Both the position numbers and the translations under genes were made by a program. Below, one piece after another: positions 1-9,554 of a DNA stretch of 64,000 nt. The notes beneath the pieces are model-generated. The model saw only the letters and a program-made list of their open reading frames with translations, had not been told where the DNA came from and made no database searches. Position 1 is the first letter of the stretch. The number at the start of each line of letters is the position of its first letter. The stretch is from positions 2,804-66,803 of the forward strand of contig CAZVYZ010000003.1 in NCBI GenBank assembly GCA_964630695.1. Direction: 5' to 3'. This DNA comes from an uncultured Ruminococcus sp. (GTDB taxonomy: Bacteria; Bacillota; Clostridia; Oscillospirales; CAG-272).

Positions 1-1
1 A

Positions 2-325
2 ATTGTCCGCAGTGTGGAGAATTACGGCGTATTCATCGAACTTGCCCCGAATCTTGCGGGACTCGCAGAGGTACGCGGCGAAGAACAGGCACAAACCATG
101 CGGTCGCTCATCGGACACGCGGTGGCGGTCTACATCAAGAGCATCAACGCGGAACGCATGAAAGTCAAGTTGGTAATCGTGGACACAGCCCCCTGTCGGA
201 TGCCGCCCAAAGCGCCCGTTCTCTTTGTGGACACGGAACAGGTCCGGCACCTTGACCGTTGGGTATACTCTCCCGCGCGGTGTTCACGCACAGTGGAAAC
301 CGTGTTTGAAAGCCAAGCGGAATAG
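2..325 (+). CDS. S1 RNA-binding domain protein, C-terminal fragment (5' end lies outside window)
   Basis: Frame is open to the window edge. S1-fold signature VENYGVFIELAPNLAGLAEV. TAG stop at 323-325, followed by a hairpin terminator. Confidence 0.6.
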   Translation: MVRSVENYGVFIELAPNLAGLAEVRGEEQAQTMRSLIGHAVAVYIKSINAERMKVKLVIVDTAPCRMPPKAPVLFVDTEQVRHLDRWVYSPARCSRTVETVFESQAE

Positions 326-331
326 ATCCCT

Positions 332-368
332 TTAAGGCAACATTGGAATTACGCGGTAATGCCTTAAG
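332..368. repeat. Solo terminal-inverted-repeat hairpin of MITE-like family A
   Basis: ttaaggcaacattggaattacgcggtaatgccttaag. The 24-nt right arm is the exact reverse complement of the left end of the 28025-28195 element (ttaaggcattaccgcgtaattcc). Confidence 0.55.
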
Positions 369-370
369 AC

Positions 371-407
371 AAAAACGGTCCCGCCATGGTTTGGCGGGAC
401 CGTTTTT
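371..407. terminator. Bidirectional rho-independent terminator
   Basis: Perfect 15-bp stem aaaaacggtcccgcc / ggcgggaccgttttt with a 7-nt loop. A/T tracts on both sides. Lies between convergent genes. Confidence 0.65.
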
Positions 408-412
408 GCCTG

Positions 413-1006
413 TTATTTTTTCTTTTTCTTCCTGACGTCTCTGTCCGAATCGGGATACCGCACGTTGAACAGCCCCGTGAATTTGACGTCTTTCAGCCCG
501 AGCAGATAGGAAACGCCGCAGGTAACAATTGCGGGAACCGGCAACAGGAAATACAGCCACCAATAGGAATTCAGCGGACTGCCGCCAACGGAATTCGCCA
601 ACAGCCCCGTATACATTCCCTCCAGAATATGCGCCGCGGGTGCCGCGAAGCCGCCGAGCCCCGAGAAAAACGGAACGTCGGACAGCAGATTTCCGAGCAT
701 GATGAAGATTGCCAACAGCCAATTGATGAAGTTTGCGCAGACAGACAGTAGCGCGCCGGTCCACGGCTTTGCCGGCTTTCTTCCGGACACCACTGCGGCG
801 CGGTCGGCAAACCCCAACTCCCATGTCATCGTGTAGAGCAGAAACAGATAAAATACAATCGCGCATGCGCTTGTGACATTCCGCAACGCCACGCTTCCCG
901 CGCGACCTGCGGCAAGCGCCAATACAAGACCGAAAATCGCGGTGGCAAACTGGTTTAAAAACATCCGCACCATTTCATAGGATTTTGTTTTGAATAATTC
1001 TTTCAT
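413..1006 (-). CDS. Polytopic membrane protein, function unknown
   Basis: Hydrophobic helices throughout and a lysine-rich C-terminus. ATG at 1006 (MKELF...) has a GAGAGG SD upstream. The track start at 1018 is GTG. Confidence 0.6.
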   Translation of the reverse strand: MKELFKTKSYEMVRMFLNQFATAIFGLVLALAAGRAGSVALRNVTSACAIVFYLFLLYTMTWELGFADRAAVVSGRKPAKPWTGALLSVCANFINWLLAIFIMLGNLLSDVPFFSGLGGFAAPAAHILEGMYTGLLANSVGGSPLNSYWWLYFLLPVPAIVTCGVSYLLGLKDVKFTGLFNVRYPDSDRDVRKKKKK

Positions 1007-1171
1007 ACAACCTCTCACATCGGTATCAGGTTACCGCTATTATATCGGAAATCAGGATACATTTCAACCCGAACAGGCGATAATTTACACTTTATCAACT
1101 AAAATCTTAAAATATGGTGTATAATATAATAGTATCAAACCACAAATTTTTCGCGAAAGGAGGGATATGCG

Positions 1172-2179
1172 ATGCCGCAACTGATTTCGGTCACGGAATT
1201 TTCCCCGCTGATTCGGGAATACGCTTCCTATAAATTGTCCATTCAGGGCTGTTCCCAAAAGACCGTGGACGAATATTTGCTCGATTTGCGCACCTTTTTT
1301 CGCTTTCTCATCTCCCGCGATTTGGATATTTCCCTTGAATCCGCCGAATTCTATCAGGTGGACGTCAGCAAGGTCGGACTGGACCGCCTGCGGGAAATCA
1401 CGCAGGACGACGTTTACCAGTTCCTGTTCTACACGGGAACCGTGCGAAATAACCACTGGTCCGCGCGGGCGCGCAAACTCGCGGCTATCCGCTCTCTTTA
1501 CAAGTATCTGGTCTCCAAGCGCCACTACCTGACCGAAAATCCGACCGTTGACATTGATTCTCCGAAAGCGCAGAAGACCCTGCCGAAAGTGCTGTCGCTC
1601 GATGAGGCGCTCCGCCTGCTCGACGCGGTACGCACCGACACCGACTCTCCGAACCGTGTCCGCGATTATGCAATCCTGACCCTGTTCCTTAACTGCGGAA
1701 TGCGTGTCTCCGAGTTATGCGGAATCAACCTGACCGACCTTGACAACGATTTGCGTTCCCTGCGGGTAACGGGTAAGGGCAGCAAGGAACGGGTCATCTA
1801 TCTGAACGACGCCTGCCGCTCGGCACTGTCCGATTACCTGAAATTCCGCCAAAGCGACGCCTGCCGTGCCATTCCCGACAAGGCGCTGTTCCTCAGCCGC
1901 CTGAACGTGCGAATCAACGTCAAAACCGTGCAGGCAATGGTCTACCGTTACCTGAAACGCGCGGGGCTGGAATCCAAACATTATTCGGTACATAAACTGC
2001 GACACACGGCGGCGACGCTGATGTACCAATCCGGAAAGGTTGACGTGCGGGTCCTGAAAGACATTCTCGGTCACGAACAACTCAACACCACGCAGATTTA
2101 CACGCACGTCAGCAGTCGTGAAATGGAGGATGCCATGGCACAGAACCCGTTGGCAGAAATTGAACGAACCAAAGAATAA
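1172..2179 (+). CDS. Site-specific tyrosine recombinase, XerC/XerD family
   Basis: C-terminal catalytic box HKLRHTAATLMYQ...ILGHEQLNTTQIYTHV and an N-terminal SAM-like core-binding domain. GGAGGG SD precedes the ATG. Confidence 0.85.
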   Translation: MPQLISVTEFSPLIREYASYKLSIQGCSQKTVDEYLLDLRTFFRFLISRDLDISLESAEFYQVDVSKVGLDRLREITQDDVYQFLFYTGTVRNNHWSARARKLAAIRSLYKYLVSKRHYLTENPTVDIDSPKAQKTLPKVLSLDEALRLLDAVRTDTDSPNRVRDYAILTLFLNCGMRVSELCGINLTDLDNDLRSLRVTGKGSKERVIYLNDACRSALSDYLKFRQSDACRAIPDKALFLSRLNVRINVKTVQAMVYRYLKRAGLESKHYSVHKLRHTAATLMYQSGKVDVRVLKDILGHEQLNTTQIYTHVSSREMEDAMAQNPLAEIERTKE

Positions 2180-2231
2180 CGGTTTTCTGCGAAAGCACGC
2201 GAAAAGTTCATAAATTTATGCTACACTATTC

Positions 2232-2266
2232 TCCGGACGGCTTCGGCTGTCCGGAAATTCATTTTT
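2232..2266 (+). terminator. Putative terminator (UUCG-loop hairpin)
   Basis: tccggacggc-ttcg-gctgtccgga (10-bp stem with one G-U pair), followed by aattcattttt. Confidence 0.4.
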
Positions 2267-2280
2267 GAAGGAGTTTCACT

Positions 2281-3099
2281 ATGACTTGGGAAGAATTCGG
2301 AAACAGACTGCTCGGGTTTCTGACAGATTTCGGCGGAAAGTTGATTATCGCCCTGCTTGTGTTTGTCATCGGCTTTTGGCTTGTGCGCCTGCTCGTCCGC
2401 CTGCTCGGAAAAAGCAGGTTGATGAAAAAAGACCCGACCGTTGCCAAATTCCTCTTCGGCGCCGTCCGGATTTCGCTTAACACACTGGTCATCGTTACGG
2501 CAATCGGCATTCTCGGCGTGCCGATGTCATCGGTCATCGCGGTCATCGCCTCGGCAGGCGTTGCCATCGGACTGGCTTTGCAGGGGGCATTGAGCAACTT
2601 TGCGGGCGGTATCATGATTCTCATCTTTCGCCCGTTCCGCATCGGAGATTTTGTGGATGCGGGCGGTTACAGCGGAACCGTGAAAGAAATCGGCATCTTC
2701 TATACCGTCATGACGACCCCCGACAACCGCGAGGTCACCATTCCGAACGGCACGATTACGGGCGCATCGGTTGTGAACTACTCGGTCAACGATACGCGGC
2801 GCGTGGACCTGACCGTCTCGGTCGCTTACGGAAGCGACGTCGACCGTGTGCAACAGGTGCTTTTGGAAGAAGCATCAAAACAGAGTCTTGCCCTGACCGA
2901 CCCCGCGCCGTTCGTCCGCCTTGCCAAGCAGAACGAGAGCGCGTTGGATTTCTCCGTTCGCGTCTGGACCAAAAAGGAGGACTACTGGACGGTTCACTTC
3001 AATCTTCTGGAAGCCGTGCAGAAGCGGTTGGTAGCGGAGAAGATTGAAATTCCGTTCCCGCAGTTGGACGTACACGTCAAAAACGGTTCCGATACCTGA
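2281..3099 (+). CDS. mscS: Small-conductance mechanosensitive channel (MscS family)
   Basis: TM helices, then the MscS beta-domain motif PFRIGDFV...GTVKEIGIFYTVMTTPDNREVTIPNG. Confidence 0.85.
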   Translation: MTWEEFGNRLLGFLTDFGGKLIIALLVFVIGFWLVRLLVRLLGKSRLMKKDPTVAKFLFGAVRISLNTLVIVTAIGILGVPMSSVIAVIASAGVAIGLALQGALSNFAGGIMILIFRPFRIGDFVDAGGYSGTVKEIGIFYTVMTTPDNREVTIPNGTITGASVVNYSVNDTRRVDLTVSVAYGSDVDRVQQVLLEEASKQSLALTDPAPFVRLAKQNESALDFSVRVWTKKEDYWTVHFNLLEAVQKRLVAEKIEIPFPQLDVHVKNGSDT

Positions 3100-3111
3100 A
3101 AAGGCAAAAAA

Positions 3112-3160
3112 ACAACCGGCAGAAAGCAAGGCTTTCTGCCGGCTGTTTTCGTGTTTTTTC
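3112..3160. terminator. Bidirectional terminator between mscS and secG
   Basis: ccggcagaaagc-aag-gctttctgccgg stem. Flanked by aaaaaaa upstream and ttttcgtgtttttt downstream. Confidence 0.6.
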
Positions 3161-3165
3161 CGCAA

Positions 3166-3453
3166 TCACTTCAGATTGATAACGACAATGGTCAGAACAG
3201 ACACGACCACAACCAGAATAATCGAGCAGACCAGAGTCAGTCTGGAGAGCCACTTCTCTTTGGTCAATCCGCCGGATTTGCCGAAGAAACTCTCGCCGCT
3301 ACCGACGATGGTACTCGAAAGTCCCCCATCCTTGGAGGGCTGAAGCGCAACCGCGACCGAAATCACGAGCGACAGCACAACCGCAAGCACACCGAGAATC
3401 CACGTCCATACGGTTATGGCGTTTGTTGCGAGAAAAGCAATCAGATTGTTCAT
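3166..3453 (-). CDS. secG: Preprotein translocase subunit SecG
   Basis: 95 aa with two TM helices and the central glycine-rich loop QPSKDGGLSSTIVGSGESFFGKSGG typical of SecG. Confidence 0.75.
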   Translation of the reverse strand: MNNLIAFLATNAITVWTWILGVLAVVLSLVISVAVALQPSKDGGLSSTIVGSGESFFGKSGGLTKEKWLSRLTLVCSIILVVVVSVLTIVVINLK

Positions 3454-3528
3454 AGTAACCTCCGTTATTGTTTCTTCCGACTTCGCATGCCGGAATGCCG
3501 GCGCCGGAAGTCCCCTATCATCCTATAT

Positions 3529-3557
3529 ATTTTACCATATTGCGCCCCGAATTGCAA
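3529..3557 (-). promoter_or_regulatory. Sigma-A type promoter for secG
   Basis: Minus strand reads TTGCAA - 17 nt - TAAAAT, with TGG directly upstream of the -10 (extended -10). Confidence 0.45.
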
Positions 3558-3586
3558 GGGCTTTTCCGAAATTTTTTCGTGTTTTT

Positions 3587-4471
3587 TCAGTTTTTTCTTT
3601 TTTTCTGACGAATCCGCCGCAAAACCGCGCCCAAAATCCAAATCGGCAGGGCGCCCGCGAACAGGAACAGCAGAATATACACGGCAACCGACGCGCCCCA
3701 TCCCCACAGCCTTTGCGCGTCCGCGACAAGCAGAAAACCGGTTCTGTGATAGGGGCTCATATAGAACAGATTTATCCTGCCGCCCGAGCAACCGGAAAGC
3801 AGAACGTTCAGCCCCGTTGCCGCTCCGAATACGGCAAGAAACACGCCCGTCGCAGGAAGATAATCGCGGACAAAGGATTTTCCGCACGACGTTCCAATCA
3901 AAAGCCATACACCAAGCAGAATCATCAGCGTGTGCCAGAGCATGGTATGCACGCAGAGAATCGGCGACGCGGGCAAATTCGGATACGCCATTACGAGATA
4001 CCCTCCGACCGTTCCGAACAGTGCAAGAAAGCAGGAAAGCGTATGCTTGGCACGCCGCCCGAGCATCGGTGCAATCGGGCAGAAGTACAGCGGCAAAGAG
4101 CAGAACTGAAACGGGAAAACCGTAAAGTCGTAGGCACCACTTCCGTTCACGCAGTTGTAATCAACCTGCTTGTACCATTCCAACAGAAGAAAAATCACGC
4201 CGAATGCAAACACCAGACGGTCGGTCAGACGCGCGTCGGCATATCGCCAAGCCACGAAACCGGTCACAACCGCCGCGATGACGCAGATTCCGAGACAGAC
4301 AAGATGGAATTTGCCGAATGCTTCCATCGGCTGTGCGGAGGGTGCCGCCAAGCGCCGAAGCACGGTGAGAATCCCGCTTTCCGGATGGCGGCGAAGCGCC
4401 GCGAACGAAGCCGCCGCACCTGCCGTCAGAAGCAGGACGGTTATCAGACGTATTCTCTTGACACCCGCCAT
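3587..4471 (-). CDS. Polytopic integral membrane protein, function unknown
   Basis: 294 aa with about 8 hydrophobic segments. No catalytic motif recognised. Confidence 0.55.
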   Translation of the reverse strand: MAGVKRIRLITVLLLTAGAAASFAALRRHPESGILTVLRRLAAPSAQPMEAFGKFHLVCLGICVIAAVVTGFVAWRYADARLTDRLVFAFGVIFLLLEWYKQVDYNCVNGSGAYDFTVFPFQFCSLPLYFCPIAPMLGRRAKHTLSCFLALFGTVGGYLVMAYPNLPASPILCVHTMLWHTLMILLGVWLLIGTSCGKSFVRDYLPATGVFLAVFGAATGLNVLLSGCSGGRINLFYMSPYHRTGFLLVADAQRLWGWGASVAVYILLFLFAGALPIWILGAVLRRIRQKKRKN

Positions 4472-4498
4472 GCGCTTCCCCCCGTTTGATAATTCCGT

Positions 4499-6886
4499 TT
4501 ACTTCAGTTCCACCACCGTAACGCCGCCGTCCCCCTCTCCGTACTGTCCGAGTCGGAACTCTTTCACGCGCTTATCTTTCTTCAGATGTTGCCAAATCGC
4601 ATTTTTCAGTGCGCCCGTTCCTTTCCCGTGAATCAGACGGACCTTGGTAAAGCCCGCAACGGTAGCCTCGTCCAAATACTTGTCAACCTCCTGCCATCCC
4701 TCGTCACCCATCAGTCCGCGCAAGTCGATTTCATCGCGGAAGTCGCGGTTGACCTCAACGCGGTAGCCTGCGGCAGGTGTTTTCTTCCCGTCGCGGATGA
4801 CCTGCGCTTCATCCTCTGCCAGTTCCAGATTTTCAAGCGGCGTTCGCGTTTTGAGGATCCCTGCCTGCACCAACACGTTGCCGCTCTTGTCGGGCAATTC
4901 CAGCACAACGCCCTCACTGCCGACGTTGACCAGATACACGCGGTCCCCTTTCCGGAGCGGTCGCGGCAGGACGTATTTTTCGTCCTTTCTGCGTTCCTCC
5001 ACAGGGTTCACGCGGTCTTCATTCTTCCGCAGTTCCGCCCGGACCGCACGGCGCGCCTCGTCAAGCCCCTCGCGCAAGCGGTCCTTTTCCTGCGCTTTTT
5101 TTGCCTTTTCCAACTGTGCAAAGATAAAATCACTCGATGCCTTTGCACTGTCCAACATCTGCTGTGCCTTGCGTTGCTTCTGTTCGATTTCGCGGTTCGC
5201 TTCGTTCCGCATCCGCGTCAATTCCGCCTCGGTCTCGGCACGCCTGCGCTCGTACTCGGTCCGCAGGCGCTCTGCCGCGGCACGGTTCCGGTCGGCTTCC
5301 AGCCTCGACGCTTCCAGTTGCCCGATGACCTCCTCAAACTGCTTATGGTCGGTTCCGACGTGCTGTTTTGCCAACTCAATGATTTCGCGCGGCAGTCCGA
5401 GTTTTTCGGAGATTGCGAATGCGTTGGACTTTCCCGGGGTCCCGATGATAAGCCGATAGGTCGGTTTGAGCGTGGTCACGTCGAATTCACAGGATGCGTT
5501 CAGCACCCCCTCGGTGTAGAGCGCGTAGGTCTTCAGTTCGGTATAGTGCGTGGTCGCCACACACATGGCGCCGACCTTGCGCACCGATTCAATCACCGCA
5601 ACCGCAAGCGCCGCGCCCTCCACAGGGTCGGTCCCTGCGCCCAATTCGTCGAACAGACAGAGCGAGCGGTTGTCCACCTGCTTCATAATGGACACGATAT
5701 TGACCATGTGGGAAGAGAACGTGGACAGCGACTGCTCGATGCTCTGCTCGTCCCCGATGTCAACCAGAACGCTCCGGAACACGCGCACCGTGGAATCCGC
5801 ATCGGCAGGAATATGCAATCCCGCCTGCGCCATCAGGGAAAACAGACCGATGGTTTTCAGCGTTACGGTTTTACCGCCCGTGTTCGGACCCGTGATGATA
5901 AGCGTGTCGCAGTCATCCCCCATGCGGATGTCGGTCGGCACCACTTTCTCCTTTGCAATCAACGGATGCCGCGCGCGGCGCAGGTTGATTGGACCGTTTT
6001 CGGTCACAATCGGCGCACACCCCCCGATGCGTGCGGAAAACTCCCCGCAGGCGAATCGGAACGCGAGGTCGGTAATGTTCAGATAGTCCAGCCGCAACGA
6101 CTCCGCCGCCGTGCTGACATCTGCCGACAGCGCAAACAGAATGCGCTCAATCTCATGTTCCTCTTTCGATTGCAACATCCGCAACTCGTTGTTTGCTTCC
6201 ACCACCGCCATCGGCTCCACAAAAATCGTGGCGCCCGAGGAGGAGGTATCGTGAATCAGTCCCTTGATTTCATTTTTACATTCCACTTTAACGGGAACGA
6301 CATATCGCCCGTTCCGCGTAGTAACCAGATTGTCCTGCAACGCCTTGGAATAGGACCCGCTGATATAATGCTGAAGCGTTTCCTTGATACGGTTATTGGT
6401 GTCGCGTATCTTGCGGCGCAGGTCGGCAAGCGCGGGGCTTGCTTCGTCGGCAATCATGTCCTCGGAGAGAATCGAACGCGTGATGCGCTCCTCCAGGGTT
6501 CTGTTGCAGAGAAGCCGACCGAAAATCTCGTCAAGTGAGGTCGGAAAAGTGCGGTTCGTTTTGTTGTAATCGGAGAGCGCGCGGGCGGAATGCAACAGGC
6601 GCGCCACGTCCAGCAGTTCGCGTGTGGAGAGCATTGCGCCTTTCTCGGCGCGTTCGCACGCGGCGGACACATCGCGGACCGAGCCGAACGGCGGCATTCC
6701 CTTTGCGTCGGAAAGCCGACGGGCATCGGTTGTCCGCTGCAGTCTGCGCGCAATCTCAACCGCGTCGTCGGAGGGCAGGAGCCTGTGGCAAAGTTCTTTT
6801 GCGCCCTCGGTTGCCGCGCAGGATGCGAGCAGGTCACAGATTTTGTCAAATTCCAGTGTAGTCAGGGTCTTATCGGAAAAACTCAT
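4499..6886 (-). CDS. mutS2: Endonuclease MutS2 (MutS-family ATPase with C-terminal Smr domain)
   Basis: Walker A GPNTGGKTV, long coiled-coil, and Smr domain ending LIHGKGTGALKNAIWQHLKKD...GEGDGGVTVVELK. Confidence 0.95.
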   Translation of the reverse strand: MSFSDKTLTTLEFDKICDLLASCAATEGAKELCHRLLPSDDAVEIARRLQRTTDARRLSDAKGMPPFGSVRDVSAACERAEKGAMLSTRELLDVARLLHSARALSDYNKTNRTFPTSLDEIFGRLLCNRTLEERITRSILSEDMIADEASPALADLRRKIRDTNNRIKETLQHYISGSYSKALQDNLVTTRNGRYVVPVKVECKNEIKGLIHDTSSSGATIFVEPMAVVEANNELRMLQSKEEHEIERILFALSADVSTAAESLRLDYLNITDLAFRFACGEFSARIGGCAPIVTENGPINLRRARHPLIAKEKVVPTDIRMGDDCDTLIITGPNTGGKTVTLKTIGLFSLMAQAGLHIPADADSTVRVFRSVLVDIGDEQSIEQSLSTFSSHMVNIVSIMKQVDNRSLCLFDELGAGTDPVEGAALAVAVIESVRKVGAMCVATTHYTELKTYALYTEGVLNASCEFDVTTLKPTYRLIIGTPGKSNAFAISEKLGLPREIIELAKQHVGTDHKQFEEVIGQLEASRLEADRNRAAAERLRTEYERRRAETEAELTRMRNEANREIEQKQRKAQQMLDSAKASSDFIFAQLEKAKKAQEKDRLREGLDEARRAVRAELRKNEDRVNPVEERRKDEKYVLPRPLRKGDRVYLVNVGSEGVVLELPDKSGNVLVQAGILKTRTPLENLELAEDEAQVIRDGKKTPAAGYRVEVNRDFRDEIDLRGLMGDEGWQEVDKYLDEATVAGFTKVRLIHGKGTGALKNAIWQHLKKDKRVKEFRLGQYGEGDGGVTVVELK

Positions 6887-7701
6887 GGTTGCTTCAGCCT
6901 CCGCATGGTATGGTAAAAATTCAGCGCTTCAAAGCCGTGTCCGATGTGCGAAAGAATATAGGTTTCGGCTTGCTTGGCAAATGCGGCGAGGTCCTCTTCC
7001 TCTTTCAGTTCAAACGAGAGAATCCGCTCAAGCGGTGCCGCCGCGCAAAACCGTATCGCCGCCGTGACTGCGGGGGACAGGATACCGACAATCTCCGCCT
7101 CCCGCATCTCATCCGCGTAAACGCCGGTCGGATGCGGGCTTCCCTGCCGCTTGCCCCAACAGTCGCGGCAAATCAACGCACCGCTCATGACATCAAAATA
7201 AAACGGGTCGGAATCCGTCCGCCCGCACACAGAACAGCCAGACAGGTCGGGGGCATAGCCCGACAGAACTGCCGCGCGAATCTCGAACGCGCCTTTGATT
7301 TGTTCCTGCGAACGCAGTCCGAATGACAGCGCGTGCAGAGCGTTGAGGAGCAGACGGAGCATTTCCCCCGCTTCTTCCCCCTCGTCGGTGACCTCACAGG
7401 TCAGTTCGCAAAGGTAGGCGGCAAGGTTGAGACGGTCAATGTCCGCCGTCAGCCCGTAAAACGGCTGGATGGCACTGCCTCCCTTGAGGATATAGGTTGT
7501 CCCTTTGCGATAGTATTCAAAATTGCCGTAGGTAAACAGTTGGCTGACGGAAATCTGCGGTCCGCGCAGGGCATGACTGCCTTTGGAAAGAATGGAAATT
7601 CGCCCCTTTTCCGCAGTCAGGACCGAAAGATAGCGGTCGCTCTCGCCGACATCCCTGACGCGGACCACAACGCCGTCAACCGATTCGTGCAGACTTGCCA
7701 T
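6883..7701 (-). CDS. recO: DNA repair protein RecO
   Basis: OB-fold N-terminus and zinc motif CSVCGRTD...LICRDC. I prefer the MASLH start at 7701, just after the era stop; the track start at 7740 overlaps era. 4-nt overlap with mutS2. Confidence 0.9.
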   Translation of the reverse strand: MASLHESVDGVVVRVRDVGESDRYLSVLTAEKGRISILSKGSHALRGPQISVSQLFTYGNFEYYRKGTTYILKGGSAIQPFYGLTADIDRLNLAAYLCELTCEVTDEGEEAGEMLRLLLNALHALSFGLRSQEQIKGAFEIRAAVLSGYAPDLSGCSVCGRTDSDPFYFDVMSGALICRDCWGKRQGSPHPTGVYADEMREAEIVGILSPAVTAAIRFCAAAPLERILSFELKEEEDLAAFAKQAETYILSHIGHGFEALNFYHTMRRLKQP

Positions 7702-7702
7702 T

Positions 7703-8584
7703 TCAGTTTCCGTATCCGAAATCGCTGACGCCACGCGCACTGTCGCGCCAGTTTTCCTTGACTTTGACCCACAGGTTCAGGTAGACCTTGGTTCCCGTCA
7801 GGTTTTCAAGGTCCTGCCGCGCATAGGTTCCGATTCGTTTGAGCGTTTCGCCGTTTTTGCCGACCAGAATCCCCTTGTGCGATTCCTTTTCGCAGAAAAT
7901 CTCCGCGCGGATGCGGGTCAGGTCCCCCTCCTCCGTGAAGTCCTCGATTACGACCGCAATGCCGTGCGGAATTTCGCGGTCCACCGTCCGCAGAATCTTC
8001 TCGCGGATGATTTCGGACGCCATCTGCCGCACGGTCTGGTCGGTCATCATATCTTCTGCAAAAATCCACTCGTCCTCATGGAGAAATTTGCGGCATTCGT
8101 CCAACAACTCGTCCACATTCTTTCCGTTTTTTGCGGAAATCGGGACCACCGCCGCGAAATCGCAGAGCGCCGCATATGCCGCAATCGTTGCGGCAATCCG
8201 GTCACTGCGGCACAAATCACACTTGTTCAGCGCGAGAATGGCAGGCGTTCCGCTCTGCTTCAGCCGCGCAATGACCTTTTTCTCCACGTCCCCCGGCTCA
8301 TATGCCGCGTCAGCCACCAGAATCACCGCGTCACCGTCCTGCATGGAGCCGGTTGCGACCTTGACCATATAGTCTCCGAGCGAATTTTTCGCATTGAAAA
8401 TGCCCGGGGTGTCGATAAAGACGAATTGGTCCTCCCCCCGTGTTTCAATGCCGAGAATCCGATTCCGCGTGGTCTGCGGCTTGGAGGATACGATGGCAAC
8501 TTTCTCTCCGAGTATCCGATTGAGCAGGGTCGATTTTCCGACGTTTGGTCGCCCTACGATTGCAAAAAAGCCTGTTCTTTTCAT
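7703..8584 (-). CDS. era: GTPase Era
   Basis: G1 GRPNVGKST, G3 DTPG, G4 NKCD and a C-terminal KH domain. Confidence 0.95.
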   Translation of the reverse strand: MKRTGFFAIVGRPNVGKSTLLNRILGEKVAIVSSKPQTTRNRILGIETRGEDQFVFIDTPGIFNAKNSLGDYMVKVATGSMQDGDAVILVADAAYEPGDVEKKVIARLKQSGTPAILALNKCDLCRSDRIAATIAAYAALCDFAAVVPISAKNGKNVDELLDECRKFLHEDEWIFAEDMMTDQTVRQMASEIIREKILRTVDREIPHGIAVVIEDFTEEGDLTRIRAEIFCEKESHKGILVGKNGETLKRIGTYARQDLENLTGTKVYLNLWVKVKENWRDSARGVSDFGYGN

Positions 8585-8603
8585 CGTCTTACTGTTCCGT
8601 TTC

Positions 8604-9053
8604 TTATTTTCTCCCGAAAAAACCCATCGGGTCGGGCTTCTCGCCCAAAAGGTCGAGTCGGTCCTCCGTTTGCAGGTCAGTCACCTCACAGAATGTCATC
8701 TTTCCCGTTGCGGGGTCCTCAAACGCGAGAAGCATGTAATGGCTGAACTCCGCCGTATAGGTGTTTCCCTTATCGGCGGGCTTGTAAACGCCGCGGTAGT
8801 TCCGCAGGCGGTTCATGGTCAACAGCGTTTTGTCATTGCAGAAATCAATGATATTTTCCACAGTCAACTCGGGCAGTTTCTTTGCCTCACGCTTTTCGGC
8901 GCAATCCCGTATCCGGAAAAAACTGAGCGGACCGAAAAAAGCGAAAAAGAGAACCATGCACACGGCAAAGGAGATGACCTTGACGTTCCGCCCCGCAAAG
9001 CCCTCGGGCCTGGTCGGTTCCTCCTCTGCCGGTTTTCTCTGATACCGGTTCAT
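8604..9053 (-). CDS. Hypothetical membrane-anchored protein
   Basis: One N-terminal TM (VISFAVCMVLFFAFFGPLSFF) plus a ~100-aa soluble domain. Lies between ybeY and era, with a 4-nt overlap with ybeY. Confidence 0.55.
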   Translation of the reverse strand: MNRYQRKPAEEEPTRPEGFAGRNVKVISFAVCMVLFFAFFGPLSFFRIRDCAEKREAKKLPELTVENIIDFCNDKTLLTMNRLRNYRGVYKPADKGNTYTAEFSHYMLLAFEDPATGKMTFCEVTDLQTEDRLDLLGEKPDPMGFFGRK

Positions 9054-9553
9054 TTTGTCCCCTTAAGTGACAACCCCATGCGGTCAAGGATCTCCCGCTG
9101 TCTGCGCCGCATATCGGCTTCCTCTTCCTTGCCCGCTTCGTGGTCGTATCCCAACAGGTGAAGCATGGAATGCACGGTCAGGAACGCTGCCTCGCGCTCA
9201 AAACTGTGACCGAATTCTTCCGCCTGCTTCTTTGCCTGCTCCAAGGAAATCACGATGTCACCGAGCATTCCGAGCAACTCGTCCACCGGCGGTTCCTCGC
9301 TCTCCCCCGTGTAGTCGAACAGCGGGAACGACAGCACGTCGGTTGCGCGGTCAATATTCCGGAATTTGCGGTTCAGTTCGCGGATTCCCTCGTTGTCGGT
9401 AAAAGTGACCGACACCTCAATCGGATTTTCGTACTGCTCGTAATCCAGCGTTGCCTCCACCGCACGGCGGACCAACATTTTCAGTTTATAGGTCAGCGGC
9501 AACAGGTCCTGACGGTTTTCAAAATCAATCTTGCAAAGCATTTTCCGTTCCAT
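9050..9553 (-). CDS. ybeY: rRNA maturation RNase YbeY
   Basis: Metal-binding motif HSMLHLLGYDH. Confidence 0.9.
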   Translation of the reverse strand: MERKMLCKIDFENRQDLLPLTYKLKMLVRRAVEATLDYEQYENPIEVSVTFTDNEGIRELNRKFRNIDRATDVLSFPLFDYTGESEEPPVDELLGMLGDIVISLEQAKKQAEEFGHSFEREAAFLTVHSMLHLLGYDHEAGKEEEADMRRRQREILDRMGLSLKGTK

Positions 9554-9554
9554 T

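Noticed and set aside
1172-2179. Tyrosine recombinase as the integrase of the AT-rich island
   Set aside because: It lies 14 kb from the island and has host-like high G+C. It looks like a housekeeping XerC/XerD-type enzyme, with no att-like repeats linking the two.
3151-4489. 324-aa and 357-aa plus-strand ORFs
   Set aside because: They overlap secG and the polytopic membrane protein on the opposite strand. The translations are Arg/Pro/Ser-rich and lack domains.
4586-6538. 650-aa plus-strand ORF
   Set aside because: Antisense to mutS2. No recognisable motifs. High-G+C antisense artefact.
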